From positions 42,904,001-42,968,000 of the forward strand of contig OZ076416.1 in assembly GCA_964187785.1 (NCBI GenBank): a stretch of 64,000 bases of DNA, read 5' to 3'. The notes under the pieces were generated by a model. It made no database searches. It was not told the DNA's origin and saw nothing but the letters and a program-made list of their open reading frames with translations. Position 1 is the first letter of the stretch, and every line of letters begins with the position of its first letter. Below, piece by piece: positions 1-13,017 of this stretch. The position numbers and the translations under genes were made by a program. Source of the stretch: Amphiscolops sp. MND2022 (lineage: Eukaryota).

Positions 1-2195
1 ATAAATTTTTCATGGTGCACTATTGGGGTCCTCTCGTGGAACAACATCATATCACGAAAAACGCTACTTGTTGCATTTTCCCAAGAAAATTGATCATTGA
101 TCAAAGGAAACTTTTATCCAATGTGGTTTTCTAAGGCCGTTCTTCGAGAGTCTTTGCAATGCAGATGATTGATATCATTTGTTGATTTGATGTAAACAGT
201 TTTTCTTTGCAAGCCTTGCACTAAGCAAGTTAGGGACCATGTCTTGAACATTTTACGGGCGAGAATTGGCGTCTAACCGAAGTGAAATTTATGTATCTCT
301 TCAAATTAAACTGAAAAAATTCTATTCAGATGGTAAGTGTTTAAGGATAGAAAATGGGGTTCATTACTTTACTCATTGTAAATGTGTTTTTTTAGATGAA
401 CTAGTTTTCAGCTTTGTAGAGATTTCTTCAGTTGGATTCTTACGTGACCTTTTTAGTCGGCGCTTCATGATGTGAAACGCGACAATAAATAGTGAATAGT
501 TTAATTTTCACGAACTGACGAATTACGAATTACATGTAGTTTCACAAGTTCTACAAAGTTTTGAGCCATTTGGCTCAAGGAACTGAATTATAATAGTTGT
601 TCCTTTCTTAAGCGTAACATACAAAACCGGACGAGACTAAATGGTCCCCATTTCATTTTTGTCGGGACTGAGACTTTTTAAAGAAAATTTGGTAATGTCC
701 CGAAAGGGTCGCCTCTATTTTTTAAATTATTTGCCTCAGAAGAGACTGTGAAAATGCTCAAAGTGTCCATCTTTGCGCTTTTTGGGTACTGTGAAGAGAA
801 GTCCTTTCGCTATTTTTGAGCTTTAAGTGCGGCGCCAAATTTGTCTGTTCTCGACTTGAGCAGCATTTTTTTTGTTTCATGACGGTATGTTTCACTTCGG
901 AAAGGGACCACATCGTTTCACTTGGAGGTGAACAGTTTTTTTGGAGTAGGTAACACAATTTCTAGAGAACCTTTTATCCTCCCTAGTTGAATTTGCTGAG
1001 AAGCTTATCGTGCTGCTTTCATGCTCAGAAGGCTAAACAATTGTTTTCACAGACCATGAAAATTCCAGGAACCGTCTGGAAAAAAACTAGGTTTACAATG
1101 CAGCGTCAACTATTGCAATCAAAATTGAAAACGATTTTATTACTTCACCGTCTCTTTCGTTTTCACCTTTTAGTTTCCCAAGTAAGCCACGTACAAAATC
1201 ACCGTTGATGAAATTGCACGCTGAATTAGACACTACTTTGATAAAACGTAGATCATCACTGGAGTTGATTTGCATTAAAGGGGTGGTGAAAATAATAAAG
1301 TCAACCTGCAAAACTTCGTGGTTCCGGGTTGCCGTCAAATTTAGCATGAATGTTTTAGGAAGCTTGATTTAAATCAACTGAAACATTGAAATTGTTCTTT
1401 TTTTGAACATTTTAATCAACATTGAAACATTTTTTTATTGTTCTTAAAATCCTGATAAAATTGTTTCACTTCAAAAACTTGTGAAGAGGTTCAGCAGTTT
1501 CAACCAGAACTGACATGCTGAACATGAGAGAAAAGTTTGGGACGTTTGTTCAGTTCTATATGGAAAACAAAATGAAAGGAAAAGATTGCTAGTTTCTGCC
1601 CTTGCTATACAGTAATTTAATGAAGACTAAGTGCCAAATGCTTTTGCACACGATGTAGGGAAGTGTTTTCATGACGATTGACTGTTTCCCAAAAGGAAAA
1701 CATAGTGTATTATTTAATTAGTTGAAATGATTGACTGCTATCCAAAAAGCTTGTTAGCTGGAAATGAAGTTTTCCGGAAACACTTTTTTTGCAGGACATT
1801 TTTAGTTTGAACAGATGTTTCGCAGAGAAATTCAGGGTCAGAGCCAACATATCATTGTTAACGAACATCTGAAATTGTTGCACACTTCAGGCAAAAACCC
1901 GTGGCCTAAACCGCATCAAAGCATTGGAAACCAAAAAAAATTAAAGTGGAATTTCTTTTGAGGTTTGTATCTCATACTTCCAGAAGAAAATGTGCATTTA
2001 TTTGGATTCTGGGGAACCCCCGCTCAATTTTAGTTGCCAATCCGGTCAACGATGTTTTTGCCTTCGGAGAATTTTAACATGGATTTTTTGCATCCGGCTG
2101 GCAGAAACGATCGTATTAGGATCGGTATCAGAGCCCATGGTTTAACCGAATGTTATTTCATGAATTGCCCAAAAAGATTACTTGGTTCATAATTT

Positions 2196-2308
2196 TCCGA
2201 CCCACATTTTCAATGGGGGAGGAAAATCATCATCTGTGTTCCGTTTTTTTATTCTCCGACCCACATTTTCAATGCGGGAGGAAAATCATCATCTGTGTTG
2301 CGTTTTTT
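2196..2308. repeat. Direct tandem duplication, ~59-bp unit
   Basis: tccgacccacattttcaatg(g/c)gggaggaaaatcatcatctgtgtt occurs at 2196 and 2255. Confidence 0.85.
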
Positions 2309-2399
2309 TCCAAATTCTGCCAAAACTCCACTTTGTACAACTCCACTTACTCAGTCTCCCTGCTCAGCCCTCATCCTTCATACTGAGATGGGAATGATA

Positions 2400-2646
2400 T
2401 TTGAAGTAAAAATGGGATTAGGATCTAAAGGGAATAAGATCTAAAACTCCAGGACGGGAATAAGATCTAAAGGGAATAAGATCTAAAATTTCAGGACGGA
2501 AATAAGATCTGAAGGGAATAAAATCTAAAATCACTAAATTTTAGATCTTATTATTTAGATCATATTCCCCTCCCAAAATAGCTATGGCTCAAATGATGAA
2601 GGCGAAAAGGGAGGAAAATATCCCGGTGCTCAGCGGGCATCTTGTT
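2400..2646 (+). mobile_element. Non-autonomous repeat with internal gggaataagatctaaa array and a HINE-like 3' end (second family)
   Basis: About five copies of gggaataagatctaaa (2416-2530), inverted copies of the motif at ~2540-2570, then aaaatatcccggtgctcagcgggcatcttgtt; the same terminal motif recurs on the minus strand at 47386-47421. Confidence 0.55.
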
Positions 2647-4729
2647 TTACTTATGTTTAAAACTTCGGAGAATCATTTTTAATTTAAAATTTAATTGACA
2701 ACCCTAGTTAAGTTCTATCTATTGTTTTACGGAAACGAAACACAGTATCATCTCCACTCGGATATTTTTAAGGCGACGAGCGAAGCGAGATGCCATCTTG
2801 TTTGCGTCGGGTTTTCTTCCGCCGAAACGTGACATCCCTCTGCATTAGGAAAAGTTTCGGCTATTTTTCTCCAAGCCTATTTCTCCGAGACCATTCAAAA
2901 ATTTAAAAACAGAACCGCAACTGAATGCCCTTTCTGGCCATGTAAGAAAGTTCCGAAAAACTTCCGCCTGGGCGATTTTATTAGCTTCGAAAACACGATT
3001 TTCGCGAAAACTTTTAAGGTTTTTTTTCCGACTTTGCGTAATTTTACCATTTGAACTATATCGAACCGTCTCAAAATAGATACCAACTGACACAAAAGGA
3101 TGTCTTCTTTGGGTTGGATGTTTTTGGGTTTTTTTTGCAAATAAAATTTCTAAATGTCGATTTTGCTCAATTTTACTACTTGAACGACATCGAACCGGCT
3201 CATAATTAATACTGACCGACGCAAGAGAATGTCTTCTCAAAGCTCATGAAAAGTTCATTACCCTACGATCAGTGGTCGCTGCGAAATTGTTGAATAAACA
3301 TCGGAAAATTTTTGGGTTTTTCGCGGAAAAACCTCGCTTTTGCGAAAAAAAGTTTATTTTGACGTCACCCAAGCAATTGGGGGTGCTTGGGTGCACTTCC
3401 GTAGAACCCATTACTCCTGGGCCCTCTCGGAGATTTTCCAAGATTTTAAGGCCGGCGCGGTTTTTTAAGATTCGGAAACGTGAAATTTCTGATAAATTTA
3501 AAAATTTTCTCCAGTTTTGCCTATTGTCGGTTGAAAAACCACATCAAACCACGGCCGAACATATGCGTCAGCTTACATATCAGGACCCCTCATTTCAGTG
3601 GCTGAAAGTTTTAATACTGGGCGTTGAAAAATTGCAATTAAAAGTGTTTCTTTGGGTGTTTTAGCGAAAAAAGTTTACGCGTATTTTGACATTCCAATTT
3701 GTATATGCTTGGGCCATTTTCCCACAAATCATTGCTCCGAAGCAATCCAAATTATCCGAAAAACTACTACCATTGATTACTTTTCTGACAATGTAAAATT
3801 TCTACGGAAAGTTTCTATCAGCGCGAACTTTTTAGCTTCGGATGAATTTTCCTTCCGATTACTTTACGGTTTTCGTTGATTTTGCTAATTCCACGACTAA
3901 CCACATCAAACCGGCCCAATATAAAGAACAACTGACACTGGTGGATGTTATATTCAGTCTGGTGAAAATTTCATCCTAGGATTATTCGTCATTGCGAAAA
4001 TGGTTGTTGAAAATCGGAAATTTTTGAGGTTTTTTTTTAAAAATCCTGTGCGTGTTCTCGCTTGTCACTTCTGATTTATCAGCGGTATTTCCACCTAATA
4101 TCACACCTGAGTAGGTGTCCAAGATTGAAAATCAAAAAGTCTCAGCATTTTGATGGGAAAGATATAGACCAAGAACATTTCTATTCTCAATTTTTTGATC
4201 AATTGTAAATTTGTTGTTTTTCCCCAAATCCAAATGGTAATTGTGTCATTAGCACCTATTCTTATTTGGGCTTGACAGTTCACTTGTGTTGCTGCAAAAT
4301 TTCAGTTTATGTTAATTGCTTCATCTAGCGTCTTCTGCTGCAGAGATTACTGTAAATCACATCGTCTCGTACAAGTGATCTAGCCACCGCTCTTTGACAA
4401 TATACAATGAAAGATCTTATGATCCCTGGACACGAGCTGGAATCTAATTTTCCTTGCTGAATAATTTGAAGCGTCGATGAAATCATCTGCTCGGAGCCGT
4501 CGCGCAATGGCAGTTGCGCCTAGGTTTCACTGCGATTCCTTTATATTATACCATTCCATGCCTCAATTAGTCAAAATTAGGATAGAATTAGTCAAAGTTA
4601 GTTTGAATTTAATAAAGTAAGTAAAAATAAACAGCGGTGAAATGGAAGTGAACAGAAGTCATTTTGATTTTAAAAAGTCCAGAAACCTAATAAGGATTAG
4701 ACAAAGCAAACTGAAATTAATCAAGAAGG

Positions 4730-5027
4730 TTATCCGTCAGTTTCTTCTCGGCCAATACAAGCTGGAAAGTAGGTTGTCGTGTGGTTATACCAAGATTGGC
4801 ATTTTGAGATAGTTATTTCACCGCCAGTAGAAAAAATAATGTCGTTGATAGTGTTTGATCTAAACTGCTGCAGTGTTCTACCCTTCAATTTCTCACCTGG
4901 GGATAAAAACTCAACTTCGGGATGCCAATAATCTTTTGATAGCTTGTTTCCAACAACTTATTGCATTTTCGGCCATTTTCAGAAATAGAAAATATTTCGC
5001 CAGTCTTCGAACAGTGAAGTTGCCGGG
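4730..5027 (-). pseudogene. Tc1/IS630-like transposase, C-terminal part (catalytic E region)
   Basis: Minus-strand translation PGNFTVRRLAKYFLFLKMAENAISCWKQAIKRLLA resembles the LPPYSPFLNPIE motif; downstream KCQSWYNHTTTYFPACIGREETDG*. Confidence 0.8.
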
Positions 5028-5032
5028 AACAC

Positions 5033-5280
5033 TGTTGGCGCCAGTCATCAGCAAGCAAGGAAACTCAATTTGGAACATGCTGGTCGAGGCACAAAACTTA
5101 CACTCTCAAAAACTTCGATAAAAATTTGAAGAAATGTCGCTCATCGATTTTGGGGATATTAATCAATGGGATTTCTCAAAGACTCTTAGTCATAGAGCCA
5201 TGAAACGCGGCACACATATGAAAGTACATCCCGGATTAGGTTCAAGGTCATTCACGCAATATAACCCTTTTTACCCTTTT
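5033..5280 (+). repeat. Truncated 5' LTR (first ~250 bp)
   Basis: Matches the starts of the LTRs at 5887 and 9888, then jumps to sequence equivalent to internal position ~9279. Confidence 0.85.
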
Positions 5281-5886
5281 CATGATGAATGATTTGACGA
5301 CGTTTCAAGAAGAGCAGATTCAAAACAGGATTAAGAAAAGATTAGAGAACGAACTCTTGTTAACATGTCTCCCCCATGCTCAGTCAACTTGGACGAGGAA
5401 TTGTGTAACAAAGCAAGCAAATCTTGGGAAACTGGATGGAGATATTTTCAATTTACTTGGAAATCTACCTTTGGATATTGAAGTAATTATGGAAGTTGCG
5501 TTAGAGGAACTGGAACGCTTTTTTTATCATACAGTTCAAAGTTTCAAAATAAAAGGAATCAAATGAACTCAATGAATGTTGGACATTGATGATGAAGTTT
5601 GGGATAATTGGGAAAACTATGATTTCAAATGAGAAGACACTTTTTTGGAAAAACCTTGTTGTGTTCTATGAACATGTGGAAAGCAACCTTATGGTCAACG
5701 AACTGGAAATTGGGCTGGAAAAATAATGCAGGAGAGAAAGAACACATCAAACAACCGACAAAGATGACAATGAAACTAGAGATCTCAGAATGACAACGAC
5801 GATTGATGGCAAACTCAAACGACCAGTAGTGAGACTGGAACCCATGTTTTATGAAAATGTTTCTCGGGAGAAAAAACGGCCGGCAA

Positions 5887-6698
5887 TGTTGGCGCCATTC
5901 ATAAGCAAGCAAGGAAACTCAATTTGGAACATGCTGGTTGAGAAACAAGACTTACACTATCAAAAACTTAGATGAAAATTTGAAGAAATGTCGCTCATCA
6001 ATCTTGAAGATAACAATCAATGGGTTTTCTCGAAGACTCTTAGTCATAGAGCCATGAAACTTGGCACACATTTGCAAGTACACCCCGGATTAAGTTCAAG
6101 GTCATTCACCCATTATAATCCTTTTTACCCTTCAATTGTTTGATATTGAAGGCTCTTTATCAAAATGACCACTGTAGAATGTAACAATGTTGAATTGAAT
6201 GATATTTACATTGGGTAAACATGCCTTCGAGCCCAGGTAACCAACATGTCAAAACCACCATAGTGTTTGTTTACATAGCCAATACCATTAAAACTTCACC
6301 TAAAGAAGATTTATACCATTACTAGATAGGGATTTTCACGACTGAATAGCTATAGTCAAGTTTGGTTTTAGGACCAAAAGACTAAATAATCAACTTCTCA
6401 CTTTTCACCACTTTTCGATAGAGTCAGAGCCACTAAGTAGCTACTCTCAAAGTCGGAGAGCCGGAGTGCGTGAAGGTACAGTGAAAGTGTGTGACGGTTC
6501 ACATCGGATCCAAACAAGCGCAAAGAGAATCGCCAGGAGATCCTACGGTCACATCGGACCCACCAGCCAGAAGATACAGTCTTTTAAAACAAGAAAACCA
6601 GGAATTGTTTAGTAACGGTCCACAGCACCAGGCAACGGATCAGGGCGGCGTAAAGTTTGTCCAGCCTCAGCGCAGGATAATGGCAAGCAGCCGTTACA
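5887..6698 (+). repeat. Internal (shared) LTR of Bel/Pao compound
   Basis: TG...CA ends; preceded by PPT-like sequence and followed by a PBS. Confidence 0.88.
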
Positions 6699-6700
6699 TT

Positions 6701-6716
6701 TGGTCCGCCGACCGGA
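6701..6716 (+). promoter_or_regulatory. Primer-binding site
   Basis: TGGTCCGCCGACCGGA 2 nt after the LTR; resembles the TGGTCCTTCGAGCCGGA PBS common in Bel/Pao elements. Confidence 0.7.
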
Positions 6717-9700
6717 CTTCATCAGTTCGACCTAGACTGGTAGAAGACGAGGACAAAGACGACTCGTTGGTGCACAACTGCGCTTGCCTATGAAGAACAG
6801 GTGTCTGAATCTTGGAGTCTCTGCTATTGTGTCTCCGGGTGTTTGGGCTTTTGGGACTCTCGGAGATTGGGCTACTGTGTCTCTGGGAGGTTAGGCTATT
6901 GTGTCTCTGAATTTGGGCAGTTGGGTACTCTGGGAGTTGGGCTTTAACGGCACTCTGGAGGTATTTTTTCATTAATTCCAGTTTTGAGACAATTGTATTC
7001 TTCGGGACGTATTCCTGATTGAAGCAATGATCTGATCGAACACGTTACCGCAAGTAGATCCACCAAGTAAAGAAAAGGGATCAAGTCAGAGCGACAAAAT
7101 CCACCGAGACAATCAAGTTCGCCAAACAAGGCAAGTATAATGGACAGTTTTGGGTTTTAGTCTTCAAGAATTGGCGATTGATTACCGGATATAGCAGTTG
7201 ACACTTTGTATCAAAGCAATTGCAGAATTTGGGAAAAGTGACAAAGTCTACAAGAAACAATTGTGAATTTCGAAAGCCCTCAGTGAAATAAGTGTCACCT
7301 GAACAAACGAAAAGCAGAAAGAAAGGCGCGGAGTGCAGCATCCTCGATTGAGAAATGTGTTTGAAGAAAGAAACACAAACAGAACCAAACCCTGATGGAA
7401 CTCAGACCAAATGTTTTGGAGAATTGGTTTGCATCAGATTGGTACGCGTAGAGCCTCTATTGGTATATCGTACCCATACATGTGGAAAAACTCCATGCGT
7501 TGTTGAAAGACTTGGAAGACAAGCTCGATGAGAAAGAAGCTCTTGTATCCAAAAGCAATTCGATAAATCGGGTAACTGATTACCCCGACAGAAGAAAAGC
7601 GTTGCTGTTTTGTGTATACTAAATGTTGAGAGTTACGAAGGAAAAAACGCCGAGACAGCTCAGTCGAAGAGTGACTGAATGGGAAGAATGCTTTGCAATA
7701 TTAGAATCAAGTTGGGGAAAATGTTAGAGTGTCCAATTGATGGAACAAAGGCGTTGGAATTGAGTCAGATGGCAAATGGAACATCTGCAGACGCAGCTAG
7801 GAGTTGCCCTCACAGAAGAAAGTTGCGCCAAAGACGTGTCGATCCGACAAAACAAACTTGTATAAAGAAAACGGCTAGTGAGAAGGAATCACTAACGCGG
7901 TCAAGGAGAAAGAACGACCAAGATCCTCGCTGTGTTATGGGAGACAGCATATCTGAAATAGAAAACTCAGTCAACGATGTGACATCACTACTCGAAGAAA
8001 ACGGTAAGGTGTCTGACAAAACAATCCAGATGGACAATGGTACAACAGTTAGCTCGAAGGGGTCTAATGGAGATCGACTGGTTCTTCTGGCAATATAGAA
8101 AGCTGCGGATCCGAAGCCGGATGAATTCCAAGGCCAAAGAAGCTAGCCTGGATCATTACAACGAGAACTGGGCAAACATTCTCAAATGGGTGAAATCAGA
8201 AGCAACAGAACCTCTGTGATTTCGAAAACTTCGAGTGCTCGACGCGTTCTCTATTTGAAAGTGAAAGCTCTGAGAGAGCAAGGAGAACTGCAAACCAGAC
8301 TGGAGAAAATGAAGCGCGAAGCAATACAAAGAGAAATAGCTGACTTGCATGAAGTGCTTGCCCGAGAAGGTAGAATAGCTGATATAGAGAGAGAAATGGC
8401 GGAAGCGTCGAGCAGTCAGGCGACTAGCTTCCAAAGTGTCATCAGTCGACAGTTTTACGGAAGAGAAAGGATGTATGGACAAGTCAGTAACAGCCGAGAA
8501 CAGCGCTAAGTCCAATATTGCACTATCAGTACATTTGACGCCAGAAAATGCAGTGGAGTTAGTTCACAAAGGAAAATTTTCCGCACCTATGAGGGACTCA
8601 AAACCTCTGCTCTGGAGATAACAACAATTTCCACAGAAACCGTTAGGCGAGGTGATCAGAAAGAAAGTACAAAAAATAATAACGGAGCATGCAGACAAGA
8701 AGCAACATCACAACCAGCACCGAAGAAAAGAACTTGGAAAGTTAAACGTAACTCGAACTTGTTACATGGAGTGGAGGGAAACGCCTAGTTGAACGATAAT
8801 GCTACAAAAGCTGACACAGTTTGGCTACATGATTTGAGAGACAACTCATCAGTGACAAAAACGCAAATATGTTCTTTGAAAGTACCAACAGCCGGAAGTT
8901 GGAGCAATGGATCTTTCAATGGGCCGGCTGCACAGTTCAAGACAATGTTGACTCAATATGGGACTTTTGGAAAATTGGAAAATTCTGATGATCTACCGGA
9001 GCCTGATAGAAACCCAGATACTAAGAAAACAGTTTTGTGGTGAAAGAAGCTCGGAGACGCTCTGCAAACAGAATCGACACTCCACAGCATTGCAGTTACT
9101 TGAAGAAATGACGGATGTAGCTAGGGAAAACGTCGTACCTGTGAGCAAAGAGCAAAATATAGCTCAGTGATTGAATTCAAAGCACAAAATGATTGGATGC
9201 ATTGAGATTACTGAAAACAAAAGGAAGAACTTCAGTCTCTTTAATGTTGAAAAGTCTAGTCTCTTTATCTAAGGATGATGATGAATGATTCGACGACGTT
9301 TCAAGAAGAGCAGATTCAAAACAGGATTAAGTAAGGATTACAGAACGAACCCTTGTTAACATGTCTCCCCCATGCTCAGCCAACTTTGACGAGGAATTGT
9401 GTAACAAAGCAAATCTTGGGGAACTGGCTGGAGATATTTTCGACTAAGCTGGAAATCTACTTTTTGGATAATGAAGTAATTATGGAAGCTGAGTTAAAGG
9501 AACTGAAGCATTTTTGTATTATACAGTGTAAAATTTCAAAAAAAGGAATCAAATGAACTGAATGAATGTTGGACCTTGATGATGAAGTTTGGGATAATTG
9601 GGAAAACCATGAATTGAAATGAGAGGACATTTTTTTGGAAAAACTTTGTTGTGTTCTATGAACATGTGGAAAGCACCTTTATGGTCAACGAACTGGAAAT

Positions 9701-9887
9701 TTGGCTAGAAAATCAATGCAGGAGAGAAAGAATACATCAAACAACTGACAAAGTTGAAAATAAAACAAGAGATCTCAGAATGACAACGACGATTGATGGC
9801 AAACTCAAACAACTCAAACGACCAGTAGTGAGACTGGAACCCATGTTTTATGAAAATGTTTCTCGGGAGAAAAAACAGGGCCGGCAA

Positions 9888-10924
9888 TGTTGGCGCCATT
9901 CATCAGCAAGCAAGGAAACTCAATTTGGAACATGCTGGTTGAGAAACAAGACTTACACTCTCAAAAACGTAGATGAAAAATTGAAAAAAGTCGATCATCA
10001 ATTTTGGGGAAAACCCCCAATTTGTGTTTTCTCAAAGATTCTTAGTCAAAGAGCCATGAAACTTGGCACACATTGGCAAGTACATAACACGAACACCCCG
10101 GATTAGTTTCAAGGTCATTCACCCAATATAACCCTCATATGTGTGATAATCAAGGTCTTTGAGCCGAAAATGCAAAAATTGCTATTTATCAGTATGACCA
10201 CCTTAAAATGTAACTCTCTTGAAATAAGTTATAATTACATTGTGTAAAGGTGCTTTCGAGCCCACCTAACCAACATGTGTGTGATAATCAAGTTCTTACA
10301 GCCGAAATGCAAATACTGCTATATATCAGTATGACCACCTTAGAATGTAACTCTGTTGAAATAAATGATATTTACATCGTGTAAACATGCTTTCGAACCC
10401 ACCGAACCAACATGTCAAATCCATAATATAGTTAGCAATCCATAATATATTGACATAGCTAATTTTTGCCACATATTTTGTCTTATATTTACTGTAGAAT
10501 TGTAAACTACCTTGATACCATTACTAGATAGGGATTTTCACGACTGAGTAGCTATAGTCAAATTGGGTCCTAGGACAAAAAGACTAGAAGAATAAATCAC
10601 AGAAGATTTATTTAACTTCTCAATCTTCACAACTTTTCGCTAGAGTCAGAGCGACTAAGTAGCTACTCTCATAGTTGGAGAACCGGAGCGCGTGAAGATA
10701 CAGTGAGAGAAGTGTGTAACGGATCACATCAGATCCAAACAAGTGCAAAGAGGATCACCAAGAGATCCTACGGGTCACATCGGACCCGCCAGCCAAAAGA
10801 TTCAGTCCTTTAAAAGAAGAAAACCAGGATTTGTTTAGTAACGGTCCACAGTAAAAAGCAACGGATCAGGGCGGAGTAAAGCTTGTCAAGCCTCAGCGCA
10901 GAATAAGGGCAAGCAGCCGTTACA
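9888..10924 (+). repeat. 3' LTR with internal ~137-bp tandem duplication
   Basis: TG...CA ends; longer than the middle LTR partly because tgtgtgataatcaag...ccaacatg is present twice (~10139-10415). Confidence 0.88.
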
Positions 10925-10929
10925 AACAC

Positions 10930-11701
10930 CGATGTCACTAATGCGAATATGAGGTTGAGCATTATCATGAATGCAGATTCCGGAAGCGTTCATTTCGTCC
11001 AAAACTTCATTACCACACAAAACTTCGAGAAACCTGGAAAACCACTCTGCTGTCATTCCTCCTGCAAAAACTTGATAATGAACAAGCCCTTGGCGGTTTG
11101 AAATAGCAGTACAAACCCTGATGTTTGGTCCTCCTTGACCAGATACTCTGCGGTAAACTCGGTCACCTTTTTTCGATCTTCATTGATGCGCATAGTATGA
11201 TAGTTTATTCCAAATTTGTCAATGAAAAACTTGTTTTCATTGACCACGTTAGGACCCATGAGCCAGCGAGCATAATCATAACGTTGTTCTATTGTGTCGA
11301 CCGTATTGCGTTCAGCTGGTCTGTCCTCAGTAAGTGTTAAAGAAATAGGAGACCCATCTAGGGCATTTGACGACGTCTGCTCAGAGAAGGATTGCTTATT
11401 GAGAAGTTGATGAACCATGACGTTAGGATCTTTTATTGTGACTCAGGTGTTTTCTTCAAGACACCGAATGGCGGTATCCACGCATTCATCGTCAACGTTT
11501 CTGTTCAATCCGGAACCACGTCTTGGCAAATTGGTGGCACGTCCGCTCTGGACAATGCTGTAAGCAGTTGTTCTTTTTATTTTGGAGGACCATGGCCAAC
11601 TCTACAAAGTCTTCGTCGTTCTCATATGCTTTCAACAGTCGCTCCTTATCTTGCTGGGAAATTTTTTCGTAAGGACCATTTGACTGTCGATGTGGTGGCA
11701 T
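10930..11701 (-). pseudogene. Tc1/IS630-like transposase, N-terminal and central part (HTH, first and second catalytic D)
   Basis: MPPHRQSNGPYEKISQQDKERLL (HTH-like start); LTEDRPAERNTVDTIEQRYDYARW...KFFID; GLVHYQVFAGGMTAEWFSRFL...CIHDNAQPH; broken by frameshifts and a stop. Confidence 0.85.
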
Positions 11702-12497
11702 TTGTTTTCAAATTTCAACTATAGTGCGTTTCTCAACTTTCAATTTCGAAATTAGAGGAAGTGATTATAGCATTAAATTGTTGAACTTTTTAATGTATGT
11801 CATTGAAAGTTGTTTTTTTTAGTGTTGGGTTAGAACGCACTGTCTGTGTTGGTTTAAATCAATTTGAGATTGTTCAATTCAGATTCAGTTTGATTAGTTT
11901 CACGCGCCTTTGGTCAAATCGTTTTCAGCTTGACTAAATAGTTCTGAGTTTTCACACTGGTTTAAATTGAACTTCCGGTCGTTATTTCCATCTCACATCG
12001 GTTGATATTGGATTGGAAAAGGTATAATAACAAAAGATTCATGAGAAAAAACGAAGAGAAACAATTTTGTTATACTAACCTAATACACATGTCATGCGTT
12101 TTCTGCTGTTTTTCTACAAAGCGAACCAAAAACCAAAAATGCATAAAAAGAGGGCGCGTTAATGGATAAAACTATTGAAACAGATAAATTTTCATGAAAA
12201 AAGTAAGTTTTCGACCAAAGCGATTTCTAAGATAGTGAGAAAGTAAATTTTGATCCGAAAGTTTGCTAAAAGGTACCAGGAAAACAAATTATGACCACTG
12301 TTGAAGAATTGAGTAGGAATGCAAGGAAAAAGGCTTTGAAATTTGTGAAATCCTATAGTGTTGCATTCATTTCAAGTTTGAAAACAGAAAAAAGTTTTTG
12401 TAACGGGATTATCTTGTGGGCATTGTAAACTCATAAAAAAGCAGTTCTCTATCTAATACTCAAGGAAAAACTACTCGGACGTAAAAACAAGTGTGCG

Positions 12498-13017
12498 TTT
12501 TTAGGAGGCGCTTTTCTTGAGAAAAGAGTCGGCTATAGTCATGGCTTTTCGTCGGTGTTCTTCAAATATTTTCTCATTTTTTTTCGCTACACCTGAAGTG
12601 GCCAAAATAGTTCTACCCTAAAAATTCAACAAAAATTTTAAGAAGACGCCAAATTGTACGCGTTGGCCCGAGGAATTGAACCAAAAAGGCTTCCTGCGTA
12701 ACATACAATACCGGACGAGACCAAAAGGTCCCACCTTTCAGTTTTGTTTTGCATTGCGAGACTTTTTTCGGGAAAAACTTTTTCCCCAAAGGTCCCCCCT
12801 TCAATTTTTTCGGAGTTTTGCGACAGAATGGATGTTGAAAAAAATCCCGGACGAGACCAAAAGGTCCTACCTTTCATTTTTTTTGGCACTGTGAGACTTT
12901 TTTAAATTTTTTTTTCATGAAAAGGTCCCCAATTGACGACTATTATGACATTTTGAAGTCCTTTTGCTATTTTTGAGCCTTAGATATGGCGCCTACGTGG
13001 GCCCGTCTCGGCTTGTT
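12498..13017 (+). mobile_element. HINE (non-autonomous Helentron) family 1 copy
   Basis: 5' T-run plus degenerate subTIR, internal tandem-like repeats, 3' gagccttagatatggcgcc...ggcttgtt followed by Ts. Confidence 0.7.

Larger units (their letters stand above)
5033..10924 (+). mobile_element. Decayed Bel/Pao LTR retrotransposon compound (partial LTR - 3' internal - LTR - internal - LTR)
   Basis: Starts TGTTGGCGCC, ends CCGTTACA, flanked by the 5-bp TSD AACAC (5028-5032, 10925-10929); integrase C-terminal remnant KLKRPVVRLEPMF and PPT-like gagaaaaaac(ag)ggccggcaa precede two LTRs; no long ORF remains. Confidence 0.88.
4546..12027 (-). mobile_element. Tc1/mariner-IS630 superfamily DNA transposon, interrupted by an LTR retrotransposon
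   Basis: Imperfect TIR (tattataccattccatgcc at 4544 versus the reverse complement of ttggattggaaaaggtataata ending 12029) with TA-rich ends; repeated subterminal ttagtcaa/ttgactaa motifs; transposase fragments on both sides of the 5033-10924 insertion join in frame. Confidence 0.8.

Noticed and set aside
1560-1930. Possible Polinton ATPase remnant
   Set aside because: Only a vague resemblance; no Walker motifs or other Polinton genes seen
2416-2570. CRISPR-like array
   Set aside because: Eukaryotic context; repeats are adjacent or separated by near-identical spacers, so this is a minisatellite
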